Under the pieces are notes generated by a model. It searched no databases. It was given only the letters and a program-made list of their open reading frames with translations, and was not told the origin of the DNA. Source: an uncultured bacterium (GTDB lineage Bacteria; Verrucomicrobiota; Verrucomicrobiia; Limisphaerales; UBA8199). From it: a DNA stretch of 64,000 nt. Of the stretch, positions 20,264-31,132 are shown piece after piece. A program made the translations under genes and the position numbers. Every line of letters starts with the position of its first letter. The stretch's first letter is position 1. The stretch covers positions 1 through 64,000 of the forward strand of contig CAVVMW010000025.1 of the NCBI GenBank assembly GCA_963749495.1. The letters run 5' to 3'.

Positions 20264-20896
20264 CTATCCCCTGGCCCCTTTAACGACGGCGCGCCTCAAC
20301 TCGTCGGCCCATTCCGGCACTCGCTTGGCCAGGAGCGTCAGCAGGCTTTCCTGCGCTGATCTCCGCGTTGCCGGACGACACGCCTCGATGAACTCGCCCA
20401 CAACATAAGCCGCGTGCTCTCCCGGGAATTCTTCGGCCCAGCCCAGAGCGCCGTCCGACGGCGCGTCTCGTGCCTCATACAGTCCCTCCACGATTCCCAC
20501 GCAAACCGCTTCGGCGGCGGGCACCAACCCCAGTTGCGCCTTCCGCTTCATGTCCTCCACCAAGTCGTCGAGCGCCTCCTCCAGGAGGTCAATGGCGGCC
20601 TGCGCTGGTTCCACATAGCCCCACGAATGCCGGCAGGCGCGCCCGTTCAGAGCATCCAGATCAATGCCTGTAATTCGGTCATGAACATCTTGCGCGACGT
20701 CCGCGATGGAGCGGGAGGACGCATGTTTGATGGCGAGTTCCTCTGCTTCCTGCCGCAGTTCCGGATGTTTATCGAGCAGTTGGCGCATAACGGCCACAGC
20801 TTCCTCGGGGCTGAGCCGCCCCAGCAGATCGGAGGCAGGGGTCCGGGGCGCCGCGCCGGAAATCCTCGTTTCGGCTGTGTGCTTTCGCCTCTTCAC
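20264..20896 (-). CDS. Conserved hypothetical protein
   Basis: GTGA overlap with the upstream gene; LNGRACRHSWGYVEP motif. Confidence 0.7.
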   Translation of the reverse strand: MKRRKHTAETRISGAAPRTPASDLLGRLSPEEAVAVMRQLLDKHPELRQEAEELAIKHASSRSIADVAQDVHDRITGIDLDALNGRACRHSWGYVEPAQAAIDLLEEALDDLVEDMKRKAQLGLVPAAEAVCVGIVEGLYEARDAPSDGALGWAEEFPGEHAAYVVGEFIEACRPATRRSAQESLLTLLAKRVPEWADELRRAVVKGARG

Positions 20897-22042
20897 GATG
20901 AAAGCCCTCTTTCTCGTAGCCGTCCGATGAGTGCGGGTTTACGGGCATGGGCCTCGCGTAGTCGAGCCAAACGCCGGGAAAACTCCTCCTCTTCCCCTTC
21001 CCGGACGGCCAGATCCCGCAAATCCACAAAGTCTTGTACCGCCAGATCGTAGCTCTTGGCCAGTTTGGTGGCAACGAGTTGCTCGACTTCGGTCCACAAC
21101 TTCGGCTCTCGGCCCTTGAGGGCGTCCAGATGCTTTTTGCCGGGCGATGGCCGCCAGGCGCTCCTGACGTTCCTTCGCCTCGGCGGCTCTCCGCGCCTCC
21201 TCGCGCTGGCGCTTCGACCGGAAGGCCTCGGCCGCCGCCAGGAGTCGTCCCACCGTCCGGCGTGGCCTTTCGGACGGGGGACTGGTGTCAGCCCGAGTGC
21301 GATCGAACCGGCAACGGAGCTCCGCGCCGAGGGCCGCATCCTCCCCGGCCATGAGTCGCACGAGCAGTTCGTTCTTTTCCTTCGACGGGAGTTGCGCCAC
21401 CCAAGCGGCCATCTCCCCGGGCTGGACCGACCGCGTCTGGGTGCGTGGGCTTGCCTCGGCGGCCACAGCCAGCAAATCCGGGTCAATGCGGAGGAAATCA
21501 ACCAGGCTCGACAGCGGAGAGGAAAGCTGGTCAAGGCTGGGCGGCACCGGGGGCTCTACACTTCCATTGTCCATACGTCCCGTCTGCACATTCAGCAGCC
21601 AGCCGATATACAAAGCTCGCAGGTCCCCTCGGGCCAACTCCGTCCGCAGCGGGAGCAGCGAGGATAGAGCGCCCTGGCCCTGGACCCACTCCCGACCCGG
21701 TTCCGCCTGCGAAAGGAACGTGAGAATCACCTTGCCGGAGTTCTCGCGCACGGAGGCCGCCCGGCCAGAACAATAGAGCCGGGCCGTTTCGGCCGAAAGC
21801 AGCTTGGCCGGCAGTGCGAGTTGAAATTCAAGCGTCCCCCAATTGGCCAGATAAACGAATCCGTCGAAATACTTCTCCATCAAGGCGGCCGGGTTGCCTT
21901 TGAAACTGCCGAACGAGTACTCGTTGGAGAAGCTGGTTGGCGTGATGACGGCGCGCGTCGAGTACGAACGCAACTCCTGCATTTCCTTCTCGCTCAGCCT
22001 ACGGTCGGCGGTCTGAAACTCGTAATATTGATATTCACTCAT
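20893..22042 (-). CDS. Conserved hypothetical protein (MSEYQYYEF family; frameshift at ~21135)
   Basis: MSEYQYYEFQTADRRLS...LRSYSTRA...YLANWG; C-terminal frame HLDALKGRE...HARKPALIGRL. Confidence 0.8.
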
Positions 22043-22317
22043 AGACGCGCGATGTCCATGGCCCGCAGTTTCGTGCCAAATCGTTGCCGGCCCCGGGTCC
22101 GTTGCACGTTCCCTGCTGCAGCCATCCGGCATGCCGGGCGATGCCGACTCCTGGCCGGACGTGCTCTGCCCCCAGACGTGATTGACCCATTAGGGCAAAC
22201 GCCGCCCCTGGGCGCAAGCCTTTGATTATAACGGTTCCAGCGACGGGGTCGCATCTGACCTTTGTCGGCTCTCGGCGAGCCAGGCAATTGGAGCGCGGCG
22301 TCGGGAAGCCCGCAAGG

Positions 22318-22395
22318 TTTTGGACTGCGCCAGTCCTCTGGCGCTTTCGCGTCCCCAGGGTCCGAAAAGCGGCAGAGGACTGCCGCAGTCCAAAA
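22318..22395. repeat. REP-like inverted doublet
   Basis: TTTTGGACTGCGCCAGTCCTCTGGCGCTTT ... AAAGCGGCAGAGGACTGCCGCAGTCCAAAA. Confidence 0.8.
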
Positions 22396-22571
22396 CGCTT
22401 CGCGAGTTCGGACGCGCGTTCCCATCGCTCGGTTCCGCAGTGCCGTGAAAAAACGTAACAATCCGCCTCTTGCGCTATTGGTGCAGGTGTCACAAGATCG
22501 TCACAAATCACAATCCCGCGACGGATCGAGAACCAGCCAGGCTCCTCGACACGCGGCACAACGGATGACGT

Positions 22572-22985
22572 ATGAAGACCAGCACCATGAAGAAGGAGAA
22601 GGCAGATGGAAAGGCAGCCCTGGATTTGCGGTCCTTGGCCACGAAAGCTGACGCGGCGGAAAAAGCTGCTGAGGCCGCCCGAAAAAGGGCGCGGCAGGCC
22701 AAAGCCAGGCTCAAAGCGGCTCGCAAGGCTTTCAAAAAGGCGCGAAAGGCCGCCAGGAAGGCTCGCAAGGTGGTCAAAGCGGCAGCCAGGGCTCTGCGAA
22801 TGACCGCCAAAACCCCAACCTCCTCGCCCGGAAAGCCCGCAAGAGCCTCCAAGCCTGCCAAGGCGGTTCTCAAGCCTGCCAAGGCGGTTCTCAAGAGGGT
22901 TCGGAAACCTTCCGTGAAACCAATCGCTGCCGTGTCTGCTCCTGCGCGAGTTCCTCGGGACGTTCCGCCTCTGCCGCCACAATGA
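22572..22985 (+). CDS. Lys/Ala/Arg-rich histone H1-like protein
   Basis: KAARKAFKKARKAARKARK and a duplicated KPAKAVL. Confidence 0.6.
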   Translation: MKTSTMKKEKADGKAALDLRSLATKADAAEKAAEAARKRARQAKARLKAARKAFKKARKAARKARKVVKAAARALRMTAKTPTSSPGKPARASKPAKAVLKPAKAVLKRVRKPSVKPIAAVSAPARVPRDVPPLPPQ

Positions 22986-23178
22986 TGAGGAGGATCCGCT
23001 CTGTTTTTCGCTGGACTGGGAATTCGATCTGGTTCAGAGTGGGGCTGTGGAAAGCGCCTTGTTGTTTCAAATGCTTCAAGGCCGCGTCGTTTTTAACCTG
23101 ACTCAATTCGCAAATGGGCGTAGTTGAGAACGAAAGAACTGTGCGCTTATGAGTACGGTCCGCGAGCCGGTTTTTGGA

Positions 23179-24006
<828 letters not shown>

Positions 24007-24121
24007 GTGGGGCAGACCTCTGGTCTGCCGGTCAGAGGGGCCTCCGGCCCCGAGTCTTGCACCTGCCAAGCACACGGAGCCGGAGGCCCCGTGGACCGGC
24101 AGACCGGGAGGTCTGCCCCAC
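24007..24121. repeat. Long REP-like hairpin between convergent genes
   Basis: GTGGGGCAGACCTCTGGTCTGCCGGTC...GGCCTCCGGC / GCCGGAGGCC...GACCGGCAGACCGGGAGGTCTGCCCCAC. Confidence 0.8.
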
Positions 24122-24144
24122 ACCTGAACAGTTACGAAGGTTCC

Positions 24145-27100
24145 TCATCGGGGCTGGTGATAATTGGGATAGGGGGGCCGCCGGGGTGTTTGGGGTGGGT
24201 TCTTCTTGAGCAAGTCCATCACGAGTTCGACGGCCTTCTCCAACTGAGGGTCGTGTCCCTGGCGCACGAGGTGGGGGTCGTACTCGACCTCGACGTCCGG
24301 CGGGACGCCGTGGTTCTCGATCTCCCACGTGGCGTTTGGCGTGTAGAACGCGAGGTTGGGGGTGTCGGCGAAGCCCCCGTCCATCAGGTCGGAGGGATTG
24401 GTGTAGTGGCCCACTAGTCCGCCCCAGGTGGTCTTGCCGACCAGGGGGCCGATGCCGGTCTGGCGAAACATCCACGGGAGCATATCGCCGCCGGAGCCGG
24501 CCATCTCGTTAATGACCATCACCTTGGGGCCGAAGATGGCCTCGAGGGGCGAGGTGATGTCCTGGCCCTCGCGGAGCGCCCAGTAACTCAAGAGGGGCCG
24601 GCGCAGGTAGTCGATGATATAGTCGGCAATATCGCCGCCGCCGTTGAATCGCTCATCAATAACGGCGGCGTCTTTGCCGACCTGGGCGAAGTAATAGCGG
24701 TTGAAATTGCCGTAGCCGGCAGCATGGGTATTGGGCAGGTAAACGTAGGCGACACGGCCGCCGGACAGTTCATCGACCTTGCGGCGGTTGCCTTCGATCC
24801 AAGCCAGGTTGCGCAGCGGGAGTTCGTTTTCGACCGGCACGACCGTGACCTGGCGGGAGCCTTTGGCGTCGGGATTGGGGCCCACGCTGAGAATGACGGC
24901 CTTGCCGGCCGTTTCTTCGAAGAAGGCATAGACGTTGTCCTTGGCGGTGAGATCGCGCCCGTTGACCGCGAGCAGGTATTCCCCGGCAACCACGTTGACG
25001 CCGGGCTGGGTCAATGGGGCGCGCAGCTTGGGATTCCAGTTTTCCCCGTTGAAGACACGGCTAAACCGGTATCGGCCGTTCTCGATCGTGTAATCGGCCC
25101 CGAGCAACCCGCCCTTGACCCGCTTGGGCTCGGGCGTATCACCGCCGCCGACGAACATGTGGCCGACGGTCATTTCGCCCAACATTTCCGTGAACAGGTA
25201 GTTCAGGTCTTCGCGGCTGGAGATTCTCTGGAGGTAAGGTTCATAGCGTTTCTTGACGGCGTCGAGGTCCAGTCCGTGCAAGGCGGGGTCGTAGAAGAAA
25301 TCGCGTTCGCCACGCCAGACCTGGTGGTACATGTGCCGCCACTCGGCGGCCGGGTCCACATAGACCTGCATCGAATCCAGTTTGAGGGGCCCGCCCTCGC
25401 CGGGCTTGGGCGGGCCTTCAGACGGCTTTTCGGCCGGTGAGATGGTCCACTGGTCCTTGCGCCGGAAGAGCATCTTCTCGCCATTGAACGACAACTCGAA
25501 GGCATCCACATCGCTGAGGATCTTCTCGGTCTTGCGCGTCTTGAGCTCGAACTTATGGACGGTGAGCGCGGGTGCTCCATCGTCACCTTCGATGGGATCG
25601 ACCAGGGGCCCCTCGACCATGAAGAGGACGCCGGTCTTGCCGGCCGCCAGGGCCTGGTAATTCCCGGCGGGGATGGGCAGCGCCAGGATGCGCTGGCTGA
25701 TATTGTCGAAGTCAATCTGGCTCGGGGCGGGCTTTTGCTCCTTGGCTTTGTCTTTTTGCGGGTCCTGCTCCTTGTCCGCGGGCTTTGGTTTGTCGGCTGC
25801 CTCGGCCTCCGGCGGTTTCTCCTCGTCACTCTCGGGGGCGAGCGGCGAGGGGAGGTCCCTTCTGAGGACGGCCAGATAGACGCTGCGGGTCACCGGACGA
25901 TTCAGGCTGGACATATCGAGCCAGCCGGTGTTCAGCCCGATATCGGTGCTCGCCGCGAAGTAGAGGTGCTTGCCCTCCTTGTCGAAGACGGGGAGCGTGG
26001 CATCGCTCATGCCGTCGGTGACCTGGTGATTTTGGCCTTGCTCCAGGGAGTGGATGAAAATGGCGTGCAGATGGCTTCGGAGTTGCTTGGCGTAAGCCAG
26101 CCAGCGGCTATCGGGCGACCAAACCGGATCGAGCGCCTGGAACGGCCCGGCATAGGTGTCCGTGTCAACCCGCACCGGCATCTTTTTGTCGAGGTCCACA
26201 TACCACAGGTTGAGCCGTTTGTCCGTATAGGCGATCTTCCTGGAATCGGGAGACCAGCGGGGCGAGTAATAGAAGGTCGGCGAGTCCCCGAGTTGAAATT
26301 TGCGCACCTCGCCCAAGCCACTCTGATCGCGGACGTGGAGGGCGTACTCGCCGGATTCATCCGACAGGTAAGCGATGGACTTGCCGTCCGGCGACCAGGC
26401 GGGGTCCCGCTCGACCGCGTCGGGGGTCCGTGTCAGGTTGCGAATATCACCTTTTTCGGCGGGCACGGTGAAGATCTCGCCGCGGGCGCCAAAGACGGCC
26501 CGGGCGCCGGTTGGCGAAAGCGCGGCGGATCGAATCCGCCCGGGCTCGATCTTTTGGAAATGGGGCCTGACTTCCGGCAGATCGCCCGCCAGCCGGATCC
26601 CCAGCCGGTGGTCGCTGCCGGTATCGAGATCCAGCACGTGAATGGAACCGAACTGCTCATAGACGATTGCCCCGGGCCCGGCCGAGGCCGACTTGAGGTC
26701 CAGTCCTTCGTTATGGACCAACTCCTTGACCTGGCTGGATTTGAGGTCCCAGGCAAAGAGCGTGACCGGCCCGTTGCGGTCCGAAAGGAAGTAGAGGGTG
26801 TCCCCCACCCACATGGGATTGAAGTCATTCGAGTTGTCGCGCGGGACCTTGGCTTCGACGTTCGAGTCCGAGAGATTGGCAATCCAAATCCGCCGCGTCT
26901 GGCCGCCGCGGTAGCGTTTCCAGGCCTGCTGCCACTGGATGTTGGGCACGTAGGCGATGCGGGCGCCATCGGGCGAGAAAGAGCCCTCGACAGCGCGGGC
27001 CAGCGGGACCTCGCTCGGGAATGAACCGTCGATGGGCATGGTGAAGAGCCGCGGGGCGGCGCCGTTGAAGCTCGCTCGCGCGGACCCGAACAGGACGCTC

Positions 27101-27489
27101 TTGCCATCGGGCGCCCAGCCTATGGCGACGTCGGGGCCCGGATGATAGGTGAGCCGCCGCGGCACGCCGCCCGCGGCGGGCACCAGATAAACATCCTGGT
27201 TGCCGTCGTACTCCCCGGTAAATGCAATCCACGCCCCGTCCGAGGAGAAGCGGGGCTCCCGCTCGTGGTTTCCGGAGGTCAACCGGCGCGCGTCGCCCCC
27301 GTCGCGGCCGACGATCCACAGGTTGCCGGCGAAGTTGAACACAATCTGCGTGCGGCTGAGCGAGGGATTCTGCAAGAGCAGAGGCCCATCATTGGTGCTC
27401 GATCCGGGTGCGCCGCCCGCAGCGGTCTGCAGCATCCAGAAAAGGACCAGCGGAATGTTCCAACCGAAAATGAATCGTGAGAATTTCAT
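24145..27489 (-). CDS. Tricorn protease homolog (S41 family; beta-propellers, PDZ)
   Basis: Signal peptide, PD40-like repeats, IDERFNGGG, AGSGGD catalytic Ser motif, GKTTWGG, ENHGVPPD. Confidence 0.95.
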   Translation of the reverse strand: MKFSRFIFGWNIPLVLFWMLQTAAGGAPGSSTNDGPLLLQNPSLSRTQIVFNFAGNLWIVGRDGGDARRLTSGNHEREPRFSSDGAWIAFTGEYDGNQDVYLVPAAGGVPRRLTYHPGPDVAIGWAPDGKSVLFGSARASFNGAAPRLFTMPIDGSFPSEVPLARAVEGSFSPDGARIAYVPNIQWQQAWKRYRGGQTRRIWIANLSDSNVEAKVPRDNSNDFNPMWVGDTLYFLSDRNGPVTLFAWDLKSSQVKELVHNEGLDLKSASAGPGAIVYEQFGSIHVLDLDTGSDHRLGIRLAGDLPEVRPHFQKIEPGRIRSAALSPTGARAVFGARGEIFTVPAEKGDIRNLTRTPDAVERDPAWSPDGKSIAYLSDESGEYALHVRDQSGLGEVRKFQLGDSPTFYYSPRWSPDSRKIAYTDKRLNLWYVDLDKKMPVRVDTDTYAGPFQALDPVWSPDSRWLAYAKQLRSHLHAIFIHSLEQGQNHQVTDGMSDATLPVFDKEGKHLYFAASTDIGLNTGWLDMSSLNRPVTRSVYLAVLRRDLPSPLAPESDEEKPPEAEAADKPKPADKEQDPQKDKAKEQKPAPSQIDFDNISQRILALPIPAGNYQALAAGKTGVLFMVEGPLVDPIEGDDGAPALTVHKFELKTRKTEKILSDVDAFELSFNGEKMLFRRKDQWTISPAEKPSEGPPKPGEGGPLKLDSMQVYVDPAAEWRHMYHQVWRGERDFFYDPALHGLDLDAVKKRYEPYLQRISSREDLNYLFTEMLGEMTVGHMFVGGGDTPEPKRVKGGLLGADYTIENGRYRFSRVFNGENWNPKLRAPLTQPGVNVVAGEYLLAVNGRDLTAKDNVYAFFEETAGKAVILSVGPNPDAKGSRQVTVVPVENELPLRNLAWIEGNRRKVDELSGGRVAYVYLPNTHAAGYGNFNRYYFAQVGKDAAVIDERFNGGGDIADYIIDYLRRPLLSYWALREGQDITSPLEAIFGPKVMVINEMAGSGGDMLPWMFRQTGIGPLVGKTTWGGLVGHYTNPSDLMDGGFADTPNLAFYTPNATWEIENHGVPPDVEVEYDPHLVRQGHDPQLEKAVELVMDLLKKNPPQTPRRPPYPNYHQPR

Positions 27490-27605
27490 AAAGGTAATAG
27501 ATGAACCGGATTTTCAGGCGCCGGCCAATGTCCCGTTTTTTGGAGAGGGAGTCAATCCTGGGGCGCCGCCCCAAATCTTCGCGGGCGCAATCGGACACTG
27601 CCCCC

Positions 27606-27700
27606 GGAGCGCGGGCTTTAGCCCGCTTTGCGCGGAGCTCGACGTCGTTGCTGGGCCTATTGAACATTGGGCATCCAAAGCGGACTAAAGTCCGCGCTCC
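27606..27700. repeat. REP-like inverted doublet with compensatory changes
   Basis: GGAGCGCGGGCTTTAGCCCGCTTTG / CAAAGCGGACTAAAGTCCGCGCTCC. Confidence 0.8.
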
Positions 27701-27768
27701 GGCCATTCGGTGGTGCTGGCGGGGGCAGTATCCGATTGCGCCCATCTTCGCTCAGCCATTTTTTAAGA

Positions 27769-27824
27769 ACGGAATACACGGAATACACGGAAAAAGGCCC
27801 CCTTCCGTGTATTCCGTGTGTTCC
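27769..27824. repeat. Inverted pair of 9-mer tandem repeats (ACGGAATAC)n / (TTCCGTGTA)n
   Basis: Seen directly; same style as the repeats bracketing the GxxExxY remnant at 36988-37201. Confidence 0.8.
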
Positions 27825-28039
27825 CTTTTCTCCAGAATGCCGTGCTCCGCGCGGAACAAACAGGGTTTGGGGGCGGTGTCCGGTTACGCCCCGGTGGCCG
27901 TCGCCGTTACTGATTCTCATTGCTTTTGCCGGCTGGTCTGAGGAGGCTCTGCGCATTCTAATTCATGAAGATCGAGGTTGTTCAATTGTGCAAGCGAATG
28001 GGCCTTGCATCCAGTGTGAAAAGTGTGCACTTTTAGGGC

Positions 28040-28279
28040 GTAAACGCGACTCTGACGCAACTTCGCCGTGAAGCAGGCGAAGTGCTCTCCGCTGTCCTGC
28101 ACCGCAACAAAACCGTAAAACTCACCCAGCACGGCAAGGCTGTGGCTGAAATCCGCCCCCGGCCGCAGCCGATGTCTCCGGGCGAGTTTGCCCGACTGTG
28201 GCGCTCCCGCCGTCCTTTGGGGAAGGAAACCGCCGATGAAGTGGCCGCGGCTCTCAAGGAATTGGATTCCGCTCGATGA
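28040..28279 (+). CDS. Phd/YefM-family antitoxin (start codon appears as GTA; possibly degraded)
   Basis: (V)NATLTQLRREAGEVL...VKLTQHGKAVAEIRP; operator-like AAAAGTGTGCACTTTT just upstream. Confidence 0.65.
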   Translation, partial: VNATLTQLRREAGEVLSAVLHRNKTVKLTQHGKAVAEIRPRPQPMSPGEFARLWRSRRPLGKETADEVAAALKELDSAR

Positions 28280-28354
28280 GGGCGCTGCTTGACACCAACC
28301 AAGGCCATGGGCGTGCCGGCGCTCAACCCGCTTGCCGATTTGCCTTCGAGCTGA
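28276..28354 (+). pseudogene. PIN/VapC toxin with internal deletion
   Basis: ATGA-coupled MRALLDTN fused directly to the out-of-frame C-terminus KAMGVPALNPL; core missing. Confidence 0.65.
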
Positions 28355-28418
28355 AGGGACAGGGGACAGCAGGCACGCAGAACTGAGCCCGATTAGCCGA
28401 ACCTGAAGATGGGCTGCT

Positions 28419-28859
28419 TCAGGTCTTGGGGAGGGGCTGCTGGGAGGCGGGGGCGGGTTGGGGCGGGTTGGGCTTTGGCTTGGTCTGCTCGCTGTAGCTG
28501 ATCAAGGCGGCGCCGATCATGATGAAGACCACGCCGGCCCAGCGGCAGCCGCTGACCCGCTCGTGCAGGAACCAGATGGCGGCGAAGGTGGCGAAGACGA
28601 AACTCAAGGCGGTGAGCGGCCAGAGAAAACTGATGTCGCTCCTGGCCATGAGGATGAGCAGACAGAAGAAGAAGAGGGCCTCGAAGAACATGCCCAGGAG
28701 GATCTGGGGGTTGGTGGCGCCGGCCTTGACGACACGGACGATAGCGGCGGCATTGACGGTTGGGACCTCGCCGATGCTGTTCATGCCCTTCTTGAGGAAC
28801 ACGACGCCGGTGCTTTCGAAGACCAGCCCGATGAAGAGGATCAAGAGCACTTTGAGCAT
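28419..28859 (-). CDS. EamA/DMT-family small membrane transporter
   Basis: Four TM helices; DISFLWPLTALSFV, FLHERVS..RWAGV. Confidence 0.85.
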   Translation of the reverse strand: MLKVLLILFIGLVFESTGVVFLKKGMNSIGEVPTVNAAAIVRVVKAGATNPQILLGMFFEALFFFCLLILMARSDISFLWPLTALSFVFATFAAIWFLHERVSGCRWAGVVFIMIGAALISYSEQTKPKPNPPQPAPASQQPLPKT

Positions 28860-28860
28860 G

Positions 28861-29694
28861 TCACAAATCCTGGTAGCGAATCAGTTTGATGCCGAGCTGC
28901 TCGACCTGGCGCCGCACTCGCGGGCTGACCAGGGCGTCGAACTCATCTCTAAACTCGCCGAGCGAGGGATGAGAGTAAAGCTCCGAATCACCGGCGGGCA
29001 GGCGCGGCAACAGCCGGCTGAGGTAGGCCTCGTCCACGCGCGCATTCTGGAGCAGGCCGAAGACGGCGCGGGTATGACGCACGGCCCGGCGCCGGAGGGC
29101 CGGCCGGGCGCGCAGGGCCAGGAGGTGGAAGATGGCGGCGTGGGTGATGCGGTAGGGCAAACGGCCCCAGCCCAGGCGCAGGTTCAGCCAAAACGGATCG
29201 AAGGTCAGCCGCACCCGCTCCAGCCCCAGCAGGGCGGCGTCGGCCATGAGGATGCCGAAGACGGTCGGGTGCAGGTGGAGGTGGAGGTGGCCGTTGAGAT
29301 GGTCAAGGGGCAGGCCCGTGGCGCGGAATTTGCCGAACTGCGCGTGGATCTCGGCGCGCAACTGCTCGCGGAGGCTGGGCCGGACAAAAAAACGCCACCC
29401 CGCCTCCACCGGCTTGACGCCGAACTCCTGCCGGGCATTGACCAGGCCGGGGATGGCCTCGGGCGGCAGCGCCGAATGGCCGGACAAAAGGGTCAGGTGC
29501 AGCCCCACCCCCAGCCGCGGGTTGTCTCGCGCCAGGGCCACTGCCTCGTCCACCGCCGGCTCGTTGACCATAAGGCTGGCACTGGTCAGGATGCCCTCCC
29601 GGTGGGCGCGGAGGACCGCCGCGTTGATGGGCGCCGTCCGCCCAAAATCGTCCGCGTTGACAATCAGCCGGCGCGGGGTGCAGGGCGTGTTCAT
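28861..29694 (-). CDS. hpnK: Hopanoid biosynthesis-associated protein HpnK (ChbG/YdjC deacetylase family)
   Basis: LIVNADDFG, GILTSASLMV, GVGLHLTL, DHLNGHLHLHLHP, ELYSHP; adjacent to hpnD. Confidence 0.88.
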   Translation of the reverse strand: MNTPCTPRRLIVNADDFGRTAPINAAVLRAHREGILTSASLMVNEPAVDEAVALARDNPRLGVGLHLTLLSGHSALPPEAIPGLVNARQEFGVKPVEAGWRFFVRPSLREQLRAEIHAQFGKFRATGLPLDHLNGHLHLHLHPTVFGILMADAALLGLERVRLTFDPFWLNLRLGWGRLPYRITHAAIFHLLALRARPALRRRAVRHTRAVFGLLQNARVDEAYLSRLLPRLPAGDSELYSHPSLGEFRDEFDALVSPRVRRQVEQLGIKLIRYQDL

Positions 29695-29713
29695 CCGTGG
29701 TCGAGTGCCCTCG

Positions 29714-30628
29714 TTACGGTCCTGCGTCCGCCTCGGGTTCGGCGACCCCTTGGCCCGGTTCCGTGTCGGCGCCGTAATAAGGAGCAGCGCCGCAGGCCCA
29801 GCGGCACCACGCGCGCAAGACCAGCCACAGCTTCCGGCCCTTGTGCAGGCGGATCGGTTCGGCCCCGAAGACGTTGAAACGATGCTCCTGGAGCTGGCGC
29901 AGCAGCCGCCAATAGACCGAGCCCATCAGCTCAGCGGCGACCATTGCCCGCCGGTCCACGACAGGCAGGGTCTGGCGCGCCAACCGGTAGAAGTGGCGGG
30001 CGCGCCGGGCCGTGCCGGCGGCCAGTTGGAAATACCGCTCGGAGTATTCGCCCCGCAGGATTTCCTCCGGCGCCACCCCGCAGCGGGCCAACTCGGCCAG
30101 CGGGAGGTAAATCCGTCCGCGCCGGGCGTCGGCGCGGAACGTCGCGGAGGATGTTGGTGAACTGGAGGGCCTTGCCGAGGAAGACGGCATAGCCGCGGCA
30201 GGCCGGGTCCCGGTAACCAAAGACCTCGATGCTGAGCAGGCCGACCACCGAGGCGACCCGGTAGCAGTAGACTCCAACTCCTGGTAAGTCGGGTAACGTT
30301 GGACGTCCATGTCCATCTCGACGCCCTGCAACAACTGATCGAAGAGCTCGAACGGGAGGCGGTATTGGCGGATGACCGGCTGGAGTTCGCGGTTGACCGC
30401 CAATTGCGGGTCCTGGGCGGCGCAGGCGCGGCGCAGGTCGGTCCGCCAGGCGCCCAGTTGCCGGCGCCGCTCCTGGATCGGGAGCGATTCGTTGTCGGCC
30501 ACGTCGTCCACCTCGCGGCAGAAGGCATAGAGCGCGCACATGGCCAGGCGCTTGGCTCGGGGCAGGAGCACGAAGGCCAACGCCAGGTTCGAGGCGCTTT
30601 TGCGCGTGATGCTGCGGCTCTGTTGCAT
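29714..30628 (-). CDS. hpnD: Presqualene diphosphate synthase HpnD (squalene/phytoene synthase family; compensating frameshifts at ~30272 and ~30140)
   Basis: LYAFCREVDDVAD, YCYRVASVVG, LGKALQFTNILRDV, DARRGRIYLP. Confidence 0.85.
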   Translation of the reverse strand: MQQSRSITRKSASNLALAFVLLPRAKRLAMCALYAFCREVDDVADNESLPIQERRRQLGAWRTDLRRACAAQDPQLAVNRELQPVIRQYRLPFELFDQLLQGVEMDMDVQRYPTYQELESTATGSPRWSACSASRSLVTGTRPAAAMPSSSARPSSSPTSSATFRADARRGRIYLPLAELARCGVAPEEILRGEYSERYFQLAAGTARRARHFYRLARQTLPVVDRRAMVAAELMGSVYWRLLRQLQEHRFNVFGAEPIRLHKGRKLWLVLRAWCRWACGAAPYYGADTEPGQGVAEPEADAGP

Positions 30629-30633
30629 CGGGC

Positions 30634-30698
30634 TGGGTTCAGGGTTCAGAGGTTCAGGGTTCTCACAACCCAGGACGGGGAACCCTGAACCCTGAACC
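30634..30698. repeat. Inverted heptamer repeats (GGGTTCA)n / (GAACCCT)n
   Basis: gggttcagggttcagaggttcagggttc ... gaaccctgaaccctgaacc in the intergenic gap. Confidence 0.8.
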
Positions 30699-30707
30699 GT
30701 GTGGCAT

Positions 30708-31124
30708 TCAAGGCGGCGGATTCTCGGGCGGCCGTTCAGGGCGGACAGGAGGCAGACCGCCAGTCTCAGCCAGGGTCGGGTTGCGCGGGCGGTGCTCGCG
30801 CCGCCGCCGGCGATGGCGTTTCTGAGCGGAGGAATCCTCCGCCTCCTCGCCCTCCACGCCCTTCTCTTCCCGGTCAGCATCCGGTTCCTCGCTGTCGCGG
30901 GGCGAGTCGTCATGATGCTGGTGATGGTGGTGATGATGGTGGCGGTGATGGCGCCGGCGGGGCTTGCGGACCAACACCGCCCAGAAGAACGCCAGGAGGA
31001 TAACCAGCGCCAGGGCCCCGAAGATGGCGTAAAATTCACGCCGCGACTCTATCCCCCAACGCGAGGCGCCGGGGAGGACGTCGTCGACCGCCCCTTGGGC
31101 GAGCAAAACCAGTATTGGATTCAT
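30708..31124 (-). CDS. Small single-pass membrane protein with poly-His tract
   Basis: TM AIFGALALVILLAFFWAVLV, then HHRHHHHHHHQHH, an acidic stretch and RPRNPTLAETGGLPP. Confidence 0.7.
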   Translation of the reverse strand: MNPILVLLAQGAVDDVLPGASRWGIESRREFYAIFGALALVILLAFFWAVLVRKPRRRHHRHHHHHHHQHHDDSPRDSEEPDADREEKGVEGEEAEDSSAQKRHRRRRREHRPRNPTLAETGGLPPVRPERPPENPPP

Positions 31125-31132
31125 GTCAAAAT

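Noticed and set aside
18634..22042. Genomic island integrated at tRNA-Val
   Set aside because: No integrase and no duplicated tRNA-Val 3' end; the hypothetical genes lie on the 5' side of the tRNA
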